Source: Phoronis australis (taxonomy: Eukaryota > Animalia > Phoronida). From it: a stretch of 64,000 nt of DNA. Location: positions 62,001 through 126,000 of the forward strand of contig NMRA01000837.1 in NCBI GenBank assembly GCA_002633005.1, read 5' to 3'. The translations under genes were made by a program, and so were the position numbers. The notes beneath the pieces are model-generated. The model was given only the letters and a program-made list of their open reading frames with translations, had not been told where the DNA came from and searched no databases. Every line of letters starts with the position of its first letter. The first letter of the stretch is position 1. Positions 1 to 11,200 of this stretch are shown here, piece after piece.

Positions 1-1305
1 TCAATTGAGTCCACCATAATCAGCAATAGGCTGCAATCATCTATGAACAGACCCAGGCACCACAAATGCTTCGGCATTGGTAAAATAACCCAGAGTTTCA
101 ACAGAACCCCAGAGAAACAAGCAACACCAAATTTGGAGCTGGTCCATTTTGACTTAGCAAGTCCTATTTATCCCCTAGCAAGGAAAGGTTTTAGGTACAT
201 TTGGTTGTGTTGATGACTTTTCTGGATTGATCATGACATATTTTTTGAAACAGAAAAGTGACTCAGTAAGGGCAACGGAAAAATTTCTTGCGGTAATTAG
301 CCCTTACGGCACAGTAAAGCGAATCAGGGGTGCGAGTTTACATCCAAAGCATTTTGAGTCACTTCTCATTAAGAATAAAATTAAGCATGAATGCTCAGTC
401 CCCTATTCACCACCTTTGGCTTCATTCATAATTAGTTGAACAGGGTTTCAGTCGGTCACTGGTAGATCAACATGTTTACACTGAAAATTACGACAGTGAA
501 GTGGTCATTATTCTTACATAGGTAGATAAAGTCATCATAGCTGATAGTTCTACCCCCAGACTTGAAAATGTGAAACTGCGCTTAAAAGAGATTTTCAGAA
601 TGAAACATATCAGCCAGATTTCCTGGTTTCTCGGTATAGAATTTGAACACCATGAGACAGTCTCAATATTTGAGGAGAGTATAGGAAAAGTTTAGAACGC
701 AAGATTGCAAACGAAAATCTACTCCATGTGACAAGAATAAAAACAAGCTCTGTAGCTAGCAGGCTGAGCCAGCTAATGAGGGAGGTAGTAGGAAGCCTTA
801 TTTACGCTACGACAACAACAAGACCCGAGTTGTGCTATGTTGTCTCCGAACTGTCTCAGTACAAGTCATCACCTACCTCTAACCACATGACCATGGCAGA
901 ACATGCACTTAGGTATGTGAAAAGCACGGTTGATAAGAAACTAGACTTTAGAAAGTCAGCTAATACTCTTAAACTGATTGGATTCAGTGATGCAGGTTTT
1001 GCTAACTGTGAGAATAGAAAAAAAACATGACAGGTTTTGGTTTTGTGTTGTCTGAGCAGGGTCCACTGATTTCGTGGAAAACAAGAAAACAGCCAACGGT
1101 CGCCCTCTCGACTTGTGAAGCAGAGTACATGTTTATATCTACTGCAACACCAGAAGGCATCTTCTTGAAAGCTTTGCTACAGGGATGTGAGTGGTTGTAG
1201 AGTGCAAAATTTCAGTATGCACTGTGGTGACAGTCAAAGTGCTGTTGCACTGACCAAAAACGCCGTTGTGCATCAGAGGTCCAAACATATTGATATTACA
1301 TACCA
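1..1305 (+). mobile_element. Degenerate Ty1/copia LTR-retrotransposon pol remnant (integrase, partial RT, RNase H)
   Basis: Copia motifs appear in copia order across frames: integrase LELVHFDLASPI, VDDFSGLIMTYFLKQKSD, IKHECSVPYSP; RT SWFLGIEF, REVVGSLIYATTTTRPELCYVVSELSQY; RNase H LIGFSDAGFA, LISWKTRKQPTVALSTCEAEYM, HQRSKHIDITYH. Many stops and frameshifts, and a large deletion between integrase and RT near 420-440. Confidence 0.92.
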
Positions 1306-1808
1306 CTTACTGGTGCCCTGGACTAGAGACTCCATCTCTCAAGTTTGAACAGTTCTTTGAAATGCTAGAGGACTACTTTGTGTTTATGGATACTAACCAA
1401 AAGGAAGGCAACCACCTCTCACATCAACAAAAAATATGCTTCTATGGTTGTTTCTGGGACCTACGGCTATTGCTCAATCGGATACCCACCCGAATGGCAA
1501 AACGTACCAATCAGCTGATACTTATACAGCGTATGTGATGGTGACAAAGGAGATTTTCGGCCGACAAGTAAATCGGGTAAGGGCTCATTTCGATTTTGAC
1601 AACAGATCTGTTACCCAATGAGTCTGTCTCTGAAATCTTACAAGCACAGCGCTCATTACAGAGTGATTGTGACTTTAAGGGAAACTCGGATTACTTTCTG
1701 GCTATCCGGTTTGTTCTGGGCTTGTACAACAAAGAGGCTCAAATCCGCATACTTCCAGAGAAGGAAATTGATTTTGCTCGTTTTATTGACATTGCCAAGA
1801 ACAAATAA
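1306..1808 (+). mobile_element. Ty3/gypsy gag fragment (frameshifted), abutting the copia remnant
   Basis: Joined frames read FEQFFEMLEDYF, QKNMLLWLFLGP, VNRVRAHFDFDNRS, NESVSEILQAQRSLQSDCDF, LAIRFVLGLYNKEAQIRIL, which is the pattern of animal gypsy gag capsid regions. It is truncated before any zinc knuckle. Confidence 0.75.
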
Positions 1809-1839
1809 ACTACCCAGAAAACCTCCAAGGTTTTCACTG

Positions 1840-2132
1840 GAAACAGATGATGGGAGTGTGGCACACTTCCTGCCAAAGATTTTGGACTTCCCTTAAGATG
1901 TCCCCTCATTCAAGTTCATCAACACCATGTAGGCCCTGAACATCGCCTCATTAGGACACATGACAACCTCTCTGTTCCTTTACAAGTCATGATAGATCTC
2001 CTTCAACGTCTGCAGGCACGTGGTGAGCTTCTCACTGTTTATTTTAATGTCAAACGTGTGCGCATCTTCTTCCCACAGACGCTCTGCTGCCAGAACATGA
2101 AATCGGGCACATTTCTCTACAAGCCCCGCCGA
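1840..2132 (-). pseudogene. MCM3AP: Pseudogenic fragment of the SAC3/GANP domain (MCM3AP-like)
   Basis: Minus strand reads GLVEKCARFHVLAAERLWEEDAHTFDIKINSEKLTTCLQTLKEIYHDL*RNREVVMCPNEAMFRAYMVLMNLNEG, then after a frameshift DILREVQNL. This matches GANP as recalled: [69 protein letters not shown]. In-frame TAA at 1980-1982 and a 1-nt frameshift near 1900. Confidence 0.8.
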
Positions 2133-2434
2133 TGGAAGGTTAAAATACAGAAAAACATTCTGCGACACAATGTGCATCGAACTAACTTAAGATGATGTTA
2201 ACTAATTTATAGCAAGGGAATATTGACTTCAAGATGATATACTTTTTGAAGAAGTGAGATCACAGGCCGCTTATACAGTGAGCTATCTACCAGCAATTGA
2301 AAACAATTTGAAAGAGGCTTTCTGAAAAGTTACCGAAACAGTAAGTAGCCTCAACTGTTTTGGATATTCATTAATAGTTAAATTATAACCAATTAAAAAT
2401 ATCAACTATAATTAACATGCTTGTTGTTTTTAAG

Positions 2435-4437
2435 TTTCCAATGAACCTCTTATTCTGCCCAGCCAAGAAGTGGAGACCTACTCTAGGTTTTACTCAAACG
2501 TGACCATCACGCAGCTTTTGAAAAGTGAAGGCATCAGTGGTCAGTAAATCTTACAAGGAATTCGCTATAACACAAAGCCAACATCAATAAATGTAAGAAA
2601 GCTTGAATTGCTATTTATACACAAAAAAATGTTGATAACATAAGGACTGGAAAAAGTTGTGCATTGATTGAAAACTGCCACATGTCAAACACGCGAACAT
2701 TTGATTCAAACCAATTTCTGCAACAAAATGATTTCAACTAGTTCCTCAATCAGATGAGCGGTGATTTCTGGTCTTACAAAGATCTGGTGTTATGTTAGCA
2801 CTTAAGACTATGCTCAGCTCATTAAATGACATGCAACGAGCAGCTAACTTGCGTTTAACACTTTGAAGTGTTATACAATAACTGTTGTAAGAGGCCATAA
2901 TGTATGGCATGTATAATGTAAAGTAAATCAGTTGAGTCCTTTTTCATTCTTTATTTCAAGTTGTTGATAAAAGTTTGCTGTTTTTTCAGACAAAAAGTGG
3001 AGTGATGACTCAGTCCGAGTACTCAAGGGCCCTAAACTTCCCAGAGCAGAAGACTTTAACATCCAAATTGGTAAAAGCAATAAACAGTGGCATAAGAAAA
3101 ACTGTTTTATAAGTTGTCAGAAAGAGAGGTTCTCCCGAGCATACCTATTTCATGAAAGGCGACTTAACACTTGAGACAAACATTCAGTCCCACACTCCAC
3201 ACAACTATTTCTGAAAAGTAGTAAAGTCTCTGAGAATATGTTCACGCTTTGTGATATATCATGCAAATTAAAAACTCATTGCTATATATATATATATGAT
3301 ATTATCTGATTAAGTGTAGTTTGTATACATTGTGTTACTGTCATAAAATGGCTTAACAGTGATTCACATCAAAAATGTTTCTTGGCTAGCTCAGCACAAG
3401 CAAACAATATTTTGCTGCAGGCAGCTTACATGCAGATTAAGGAATTATTATACATTTTACCCATGCTTGTCTTCAAAATGTTTCTACACAAGTTGATGGC
3501 AAAAAAAAACAACTAAACTTGACATTTGAGTGGCGTCTAGATTTGTTGACATTTGTCGGTATTTGTACAAGATGAAGTGAATCACTTTTTATTGCATAAT
3601 ATATGTACCTATTATGATTTACATCTTGTGTTCTTTTCAACTTACTACAATGGCCAAATTTTGAAAATTGTATTTCAGAAATAGCTGATCGGATTCAACC
3701 GAAACTTTCAGGTATTGTTATTCATGCACAATTCTCAAAAACACTTAGAAATCAGCTTGCTATTTTTCAGGCAAAAAGGTGTCAAAGAGGTTCACCATCC
3801 TTGTCCCATTTGTATTTACAACCAAATGGGCAGTATACCTTTTCCAGAGTTTTCTCCAAAAACATTTACTTTAAAATATGATAACATCTTGATCCATCTG
3901 GGCAATTTACAACTTTATATCAAAAGCCTCTTAGCAAATCTATTTTTTTAGTCAATTGTATAACTTTAAAAGAAATAACTTTGCTTCTGTTTTGTTTGCA
4001 GTTCATTTTGTTACAGGCCCACCTCACTTGAAGCACTTTTGCAGGCAGGTTGGGGAAGAATTTTGTTCTGCAGCATTGTGTCCACCTGTTGAGAACCTTT
4101 CTGGTGCCAAAGCTGTGAGTGAGTAATCTTAATTGTTTAAATGATATTTATTAATAATCAAATTGTAACCAGTTAACAAAATTAACTTAATGTATTGTAC
4201 TTTTTGTTTTTAAGTTCCCAATGAACCTCTGATTTTGCCCAGTCAAGATCCTGAGTACTCATGGAATTGTTTGGCCATGACCATCTCATTGCTTTTTAAA
4301 GGAGAAGGCAATAGTGGTCAGTATATTTTTACTCGAGCTATATCAATTCTGATATTTCATAATAAGAGGATCACATTGATTGTTTTTTAGCTGCCAATGG
4401 TGGTCTTTTAAACCAAACCACTAACTTGGTGGTTTAA
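2435..4437 (+). CDS. Putative 3' part of an unannotated spliced gene or pseudogene; exons 2435-2539, 2990-3070, 4017-4118, 4215-4316, 4391-4437
   Basis: All five segments have AG acceptors and the first four have GT donors. All junctions are phase 1 and splice into one open frame ending NQTTNLVV*. Exons 2435-2539 and 4215-4316 are paralogous (NEPLILPSQ...TI..L.K.EG.S). No recognisable homolog. Confidence 0.45.
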
Positions 4438-4639
4438 AAACACAACAATGCAATGAACTCTTCAGTGCTTTTTAAAATAGAAGAATTCAGCATTGAATCG
4501 ACCTGTTTTATACGGTTTCCCTTTTGACTGGCGCTTTATTCCTCATAGTTCTCATACTGTATTCAGTGTGGGTCTGTATGTAATTGAGTGTGAGACATGC
4601 GTGCTCTTACTTGTACTACTAAATTTGTTCCCTGGTTAA

Positions 4640-4920
4640 ATAAACATTTGCTTGCTGTCATGGGTATCATCTCTTAATGAAACTTGGGTAGGTTCATAGG
4701 AACTTGGAACTATACAGAGGCAAATGTAATGAACTAAGTTGCCACTAGAGGTCCCATCGGTAGTCGGATCCGTCCGAACGTTGTAATCCATTGACACTTT
4801 CATAGGAGCATACTTGCCAAATTTCACAATGATCCTGCAAGGGGCTTAAGAGATGTAGCAGCGGACGTGGGACAGACGCAGGATGACAAGAATATGCACC
4901 CAGTTGAGGGTGCATAAAAA
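4640..4920 (+). mobile_element. Helentron-associated (HINE-like) non-autonomous element, 3' end
   Basis: Short GGAC/AGAC-type repeat followed by a perfect 9-bp hairpin TATGCACCC-N6-GGGTGCATA (4893-4916) and an A run. The left boundary is approximate. Confidence 0.45.
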
Positions 4921-4999
4921 TGTTTTACCGTTTTCACATCAGGGACAGAATAAATAACTGGGATTTGTTATGTTATGAGGGAAGTTCTGAAGGCAAGAG

Positions 5000-5158
5000 A
5001 AGTCAAAATGTGATACGAGGTGCTCACGGGCACTTTGGGGGCACCTCTACAAAGTCAAAATGATATGCAAACTGGTCACAATACTTCGTGGGAACTCCCC
5101 TACAAAGTCAACCATTATACGAGGTGGGCACAACACTTTGGATGCACCTCTACAAAGC
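5000..5158. repeat. Minisatellite, about 3 diverged copies of a ~50-bp unit
   Basis: Recurring AAGTCAA...ATACGAGGTG...CACTTTGG..GCACCTCTACA at about 50-bp spacing, just downstream of the DCAF6 stop. Confidence 0.7.
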
Positions 5159-5275
5159 ACACATTCCTGCACAATTTGACATAAAATCTCATGGAAATGA
5201 CACACCTATTAGTGATTGTCACTGCGTTTGAGCAGACCCCATGTTAATAACAACTCTGAACTTTACACCAACCGA

Positions 5276-8200
5276 TCATTCAGGATCACTGTCACTGCTT
5301 TCTTCCTCCCTTGCTTGACTAGCCTGGCGACCCACTGTAATGCAACAAATGGCAATAGTAGTGTTGACAGCGTGCAAGTGTGCAAAAGAGTAAGTTTCAC
5401 AACAGACATTTAAACCACAGTTCCACATTTGAACAGGGCTACCAAGGCTAGAGAGCAGAGGATTACAGCTGTTTGGTGGATAACAATCTCATGGTAAATT
5501 GTTGAATAGTGGGGCCCATGTCATGTAATAATCAGCATTACTCAAAGAATTACATGTGAATTTTTCAATTTTTCTCCACATTTAGGTAATTTAAGGACGG
5601 AGAATCTCCCATTTTCACATTTTTCAAGTTGGAGTCTCTTGTAATACCTCTCTCCATTCAAGCCAACAGGACCTCAGATGTTGCTAGTCATAACCTGAGC
5701 AGTCAAGACACTGCACAAATAATAAACGCCTGACTGTAGTCGGGAAGACAATGGCTATACATCAAAGCATGTTAGAAATGCCAATTTATCATAATGAAGA
5801 AAACATACGACAGAAACATCGGTGACGGTATAATGATATCAACATAGACCAATCCACCAAGCGTATCAGGTTATGTAGAGCTTGGAAAAGCAATGCTATC
5901 CCTAGTCTATATCTAACATGACATTGCATCTGAGATTGATGCATATTTATGTTCATTAGGTCATGTGATGAGGCCAACAGGTGGCGTGCAGACCAGACTT
6001 AAAATGTTTGTGATCTATAATTAATTAATAGGTTTTCAAAAACAAGAACCCAATAACGAAACTTCTATATTTGAGCCACAAAGAACCGTCACCTCAACAA
6101 AGTACATGCAGCAGGTGAAAGGCAAATGAAGCATTTTATATGGTTTGAAATAAATTTAATAAATAATGAGCATTTGGTGTAATACTGTGACATGTCATTT
6201 GTGAAATAGATCGATTCCAAATCGGGTCCACCTATTCAAAATGCCCTTTACAACGTGTTCACTAACTTTTCCATTTCACTATGGTAAGGCAACAGGTTGT
6301 GGAATACAATGACTTGGGGGTTTACTTAACAAAACTTTTACCTGAGCGAAGATGGTTGAGAGAGGCAAGCATACGGAGCATGAAGGATGCTGGGACAGTA
6401 ATGGTGTCTCTCGTCTCCTCCAGCATCGTTTGGTTACGTACCATCACCTAGCACAGAAAAAAATAATTGATAGCCATCACAAATTTGCAAAAGGAAAACT
6501 TTTCACAGTATGTATAGAGAAAACAGATGCATCTACTGAGTGCAAAAATTATTTTACGTATATTTTCAAGTTCTCATGGCCCAATACTCAAATATTTTCA
6601 TTGTCGCATTATTGTGCAACACAGGTCTCTGAATCTTTCCTTGCTGTTCAAAACACAGAAAATAATTTCAGAGCATACCTTTTGTGCTTTGTCAGCATCA
6701 AACGTTGATTCTTCAGCATTAGGCATCCACAGTTTGACATTGTAGTCTATGCCACTAGAGGCCAGCACTAGAAACAGGATCAAACATGTCTTACAGTTAC
6801 ACCTTAATATGAGGAACACGTCAAATTGACATGAAATTGAATAACGACGTGGCGCAATGGAAAAAAATGCTTATTTACTGTAAGCTGTGAAATGATATGA
6901 AATGGGTAATATCAAAGTAGAATGAATTTTCATTATCTGACCCCATTAGTCAAGATTGAAGAAGGACCTGAAAGCTGTGTCAACCAAGACAACTAGGCTC
7001 TGAAAAGGTTACTTTTCAACACTCAGGTAATATGGCGTTGATGGTTTTAGTCTATAAAATGGACTTAGTTCTATAGTGCTGAGATGGTGAACACAGTAGT
7101 AAAAGTAGGTAATGCAAGTGTTCATAACACAAACTTTGCCACAGTCCCCTCATAAGAGGCCAATCTAAGAACTGACGTTGATACTTCGTTGGTTAGGATC
7201 TGTGTAGGAATGTCTGTGCATGTCTTTGGTGAATTAACTTGCCACTGCGCAGAAGACCACTGCCATAGCCAACAAACACAAGGTTGATAAAAATCTGCCT
7301 GAATCCTAAGCGATGTCAAAAAACTCAACCAACTGTCCAGATAACAATGGTATGAAACTCAATCGCAATACAGGAAACATAAGTGAATTCACAATCATTT
7401 TTTGAAATCCAAATCACCAACACTGATTTTTGAACATCTTGCAAGATGTTTAATTTTCGTGTTGCATACATTGGACTTTGAATTATAAACAAATTTCAGA
7501 TTTTTTTGCACATCACATATGATGAACTTTGAATTAAATCGCATTTTAAATTCTAGTTTCAAATATTGAACATTTCAAATATTGAACGTTGAACGAAAAG
7601 TGATTTTTACTGATGGGAATTGAAAAGAGACAACTCCTAAAATAAGAAAAGTCGTTCATTAGATTCGTAGCTGTGAATCTTCAATGTTTGAAAATTTCTC
7701 TACGATTTGTAGCTCACTGTGTATCATTTAATGCCAGACTTGTCACATAGAAAAGACTGAGCGACTGGCAGAATTACCCACAAAATCAAATTAAGTTCCA
7801 ATGCATCCGCTTTCCATGATTTTCTTAACTCAATAATACTAAATCTAGAATTAGATGCCTCATCATTATAAAATCGGTCTAACTCGAACCTTCATAACTC
7901 AGATACGGACAAAATACGAAGCCTTAGAAGAGCAGGCAAATTGCTATAATTGAAGAATAAAATGAAGAAGTTGAAAATGATGTGCTCGTCAGTTTACACG
8001 CTAAAAACGAAACGAATGGTAAAATGCTAGTTTCGAGATGGAACACCAGATGGGGCAACTAGTTGGTATATTCATGGAACTTTAAATAGAGAACACATAG
8101 AAAAGCAGTCTGTGATACCTGGGTCAAATGGATGTGGCTGTACACAATTGACCACATGTTTATCAGCTTCCAATACATTAACTAGTTGCCCAGTGTGTCG

Positions 8201-11200
8201 GTCCCATATAAAGATATGGCCGCAGTCCGAACCACTCATCACGTAGTCGTCACCCCAGAAGTTGGCCTCTTTTATCTGAAAGAGTTTTGATTGAGTAAAC
8301 AGGTTGCGTGTTTATAAGTATGCTTGAAATGTCCCTCCGGGAATACAAGATGTGGCTAAAGCTTTGCAAGTGCACATGACAAGTACCATCTTGACTGTGT
8401 ACCAGCTAAAATAACGCAGACAGGATAAAGAAAATTAATTGCAAAAAATAACATTTCTCGGCAACAGTTCTATACACTATCTGCTTCCTTGATCGCAGTT
8501 TTGGCCTAAAGTAATCATATATATCGACACAGTCTCTCCTAACATGTCTCGCTTTCACCATCGTCAAACCATCACTGTGCTACATTTCCCATGCTGCTTT
8601 TCAGAATGTTTTTTGCTGCCACTTCTGGTGAACTCTGTGTCTCTGATTGTCAAGCCTTGCAAGAGATAACAAGAATCACCACTACCAAAGAAGACAAAAG
8701 ACAACAATGTGCTTTGTGCACTGTTTACTACTGTTAGGAATTATGGCATTCTTAAAGTGTTCCACTTTGGCACAAGGGGTTGGCTATTTGTAATTTACAG
8801 TTACAGGATTATTACACAAAAAACTCTCACGACGCATAGAACGAAAACAATATGATAACTTTAGAAAACTGTATTTAACAACCGTTTTTTTGACATTTCA
8901 TCTCGAACATTAATGTCAAATAGAAATTTTGTCATGTTATTCATACATTTTTTTTGCTGTGAATGTACCTCAGTTTCTCTCTGATAAATTTTAACGAAAG
9001 GATATGGTCACGCGAACCCATTAAAATCGAATCTGCGTAAAGTAAAAAAATAATTTCTACAGGCTTTCTACCAAAAGAAATATTTTTACATTTTGGATTC
9101 AGTGGTTTTGTAGATTTTGATAAATGCACGGATTAGTCGCTAAAGGCCCACATTTAACCTTAACCATCACAAGACCAATTTTGAACATTTCTCACCATTG
9201 TACGACTGTTCCTGTGGCCCTTGAAGCACATTCTGACGGGAGGCTGGCGCACATCTTTGGCGGCCGCGGCCTCCTCGGAGTCGCGCAGTTCTTGTCGCTT
9301 ACGATAGAGCTCCTGCAGCCGAATGGCAGCACGTTCCCTGAATCACAGCACAACATAGAAATGATACACTCCAGGATTGTGGGTAGCTAAACAAAAACTG
9401 GCCAAGTTTGTAGTACTACACAGATAATTTACTCGTTAAATTCAGACAAAAAACAATTCCCACATGCCAGATTCAACTCATTACTTTTGAGGAGGTAGAA
9501 AAATGCATTATATGATTCACCTAGTTTTCAAAACGCAGCTTTGTTAACACACTTTCGCGATGAGTTGGATGAGTAAAGAACAACTTATTACGCGACTCGG
9601 CTTTGAATTTTTTTTTTTTGTGTGTGAAACTCTCAAACAACTATTCAAATTAATCTTAACGTAAAATGGCAGTTAGCATGGTAGCAGCCTACAACTGCGG
9701 CACTGTAGATGCACAGGATTGTGGGAAAATACAGAAAATCAGAGATAGCACGGTGATATTCCGGGAAGTGGATACTGCTTGACAAGTATTTTACAAAAGC
9801 TTGATACATTGTTAAAACGTGCTCGTAACTAGACCACTTGAAAGTTGCAAGTAGATTATCCCGTTCAATCTACCATCATATTTAAACACACTTGAAAGTT
9901 GTACAAAAAAAACTGTGGAAATACAATGTTCCTTAGTATACACTTTAATTTCTAAATCGTGAATAATCACAGAATTTCATAAGTTAGTGGAGTAACCCTA
10001 CTCATGGCAAAACATTTGTTGCGACGCACAGTCCGCAAGACTTTCTCGCCTTTTTCTTAAAAATTAACATTCAGGAAATAAGACAGAACAGTTACCTTGA
10101 CAAACCTGGAACGGGACGTGTGGATGATGAAGGCATACCTGTTTCTGAAAAAATCACCAAAATATAACTTGTAGAATAAAACAGTGTAACATTCTCACAA
10201 TGAAAACATTAGTGCAAGGAGTTGAAACAAAACAAACATATGAAGAACTTCTGTCTTTCTGTAGTTGAGGTTTTCTGAGGTTTTCTTGTAAGCAGCATGT
10301 GGCAGATGACGAAGCTATTGGGCTTTTCACCAAGAGGGGGAGCTGACATGTTTAAGTCTACAGCAAGAGCAGCGGAGGAAGCAACCGTGTTGCTATGGTT
10401 ACAACGAGAGAACAAGTGGCAACCCCAGCATCGGCTGGAGGTTCGATCAGCCTGACCTACCATCGGAGAGGTCGAAACCCACAATGAAGTTGGTCTCCTA
10501 GCTGGGTAGCAGACACCATGATCATGTTTACTAGTATGTGTGTGACAAGGTTTTCGGAATCCAACCTCTGTATTCATCGTACTTTACAACAAATACTAAT
10601 AACTTGCACAGCAACAATGGAATCACAATACAACTGGCATTGCCCACTCAGTTACAACACACCATTGCACAAGTCCCACACAAACTGTATCATCTACAAG
10701 CTGATTTGGATACAGTAAAAGTTTTAGAATCTTAGGAGGATGTGTGTTGTCATGCCCGTCAACTGTACAGTCAACGGCAGTGGTTATAAATCCATATTCC
10801 GTCCGAGAAGCAAGTTATTTAGACCAATTTCTGTGCAGATTTGAAGTGATTTCTGGATTTGCAAGGAAGTGGCAGTTCGTTATTCCTCGAGACCGTGCTC
10901 AGCGCGTAAGTCAGACATGCTGCGACAAGTTATAGAGTCGGGTCTCAGACAATGATGAACTGTCAGTTCCCTTAAAGCCTTGAAATCACCTCCAATTTGA
11001 TTAAGGAACAATTCGAGACAATTTCATAACCGTAAGCGGTCTCAGTCAAAAGTTGGTTTGTGCCAGAAGGCGGCTTATGACACAATACCGCACAAACCTG
11101 TTGAACCAAGGTTAAGTGCACGTGACCCAGGCACGTCGGCAGACACTCTCATGGATTCGTCACTCGCCACAGAGCTCACAATGGCTTGTGTTAATACAGA

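Noticed and set aside
1311-1325. TGGTGCCC as a primer-binding site at the copia/gypsy junction
   Set aside because: No LTR precedes it, and it reads in frame as part of the gag-like peptide (YWCPG).
5000-5158. Repeat-spacer-like pattern resembling a CRISPR array
   Set aside because: Eukaryotic context, the intervening sequences are themselves homologous, and there are no cas genes. It is a minisatellite.
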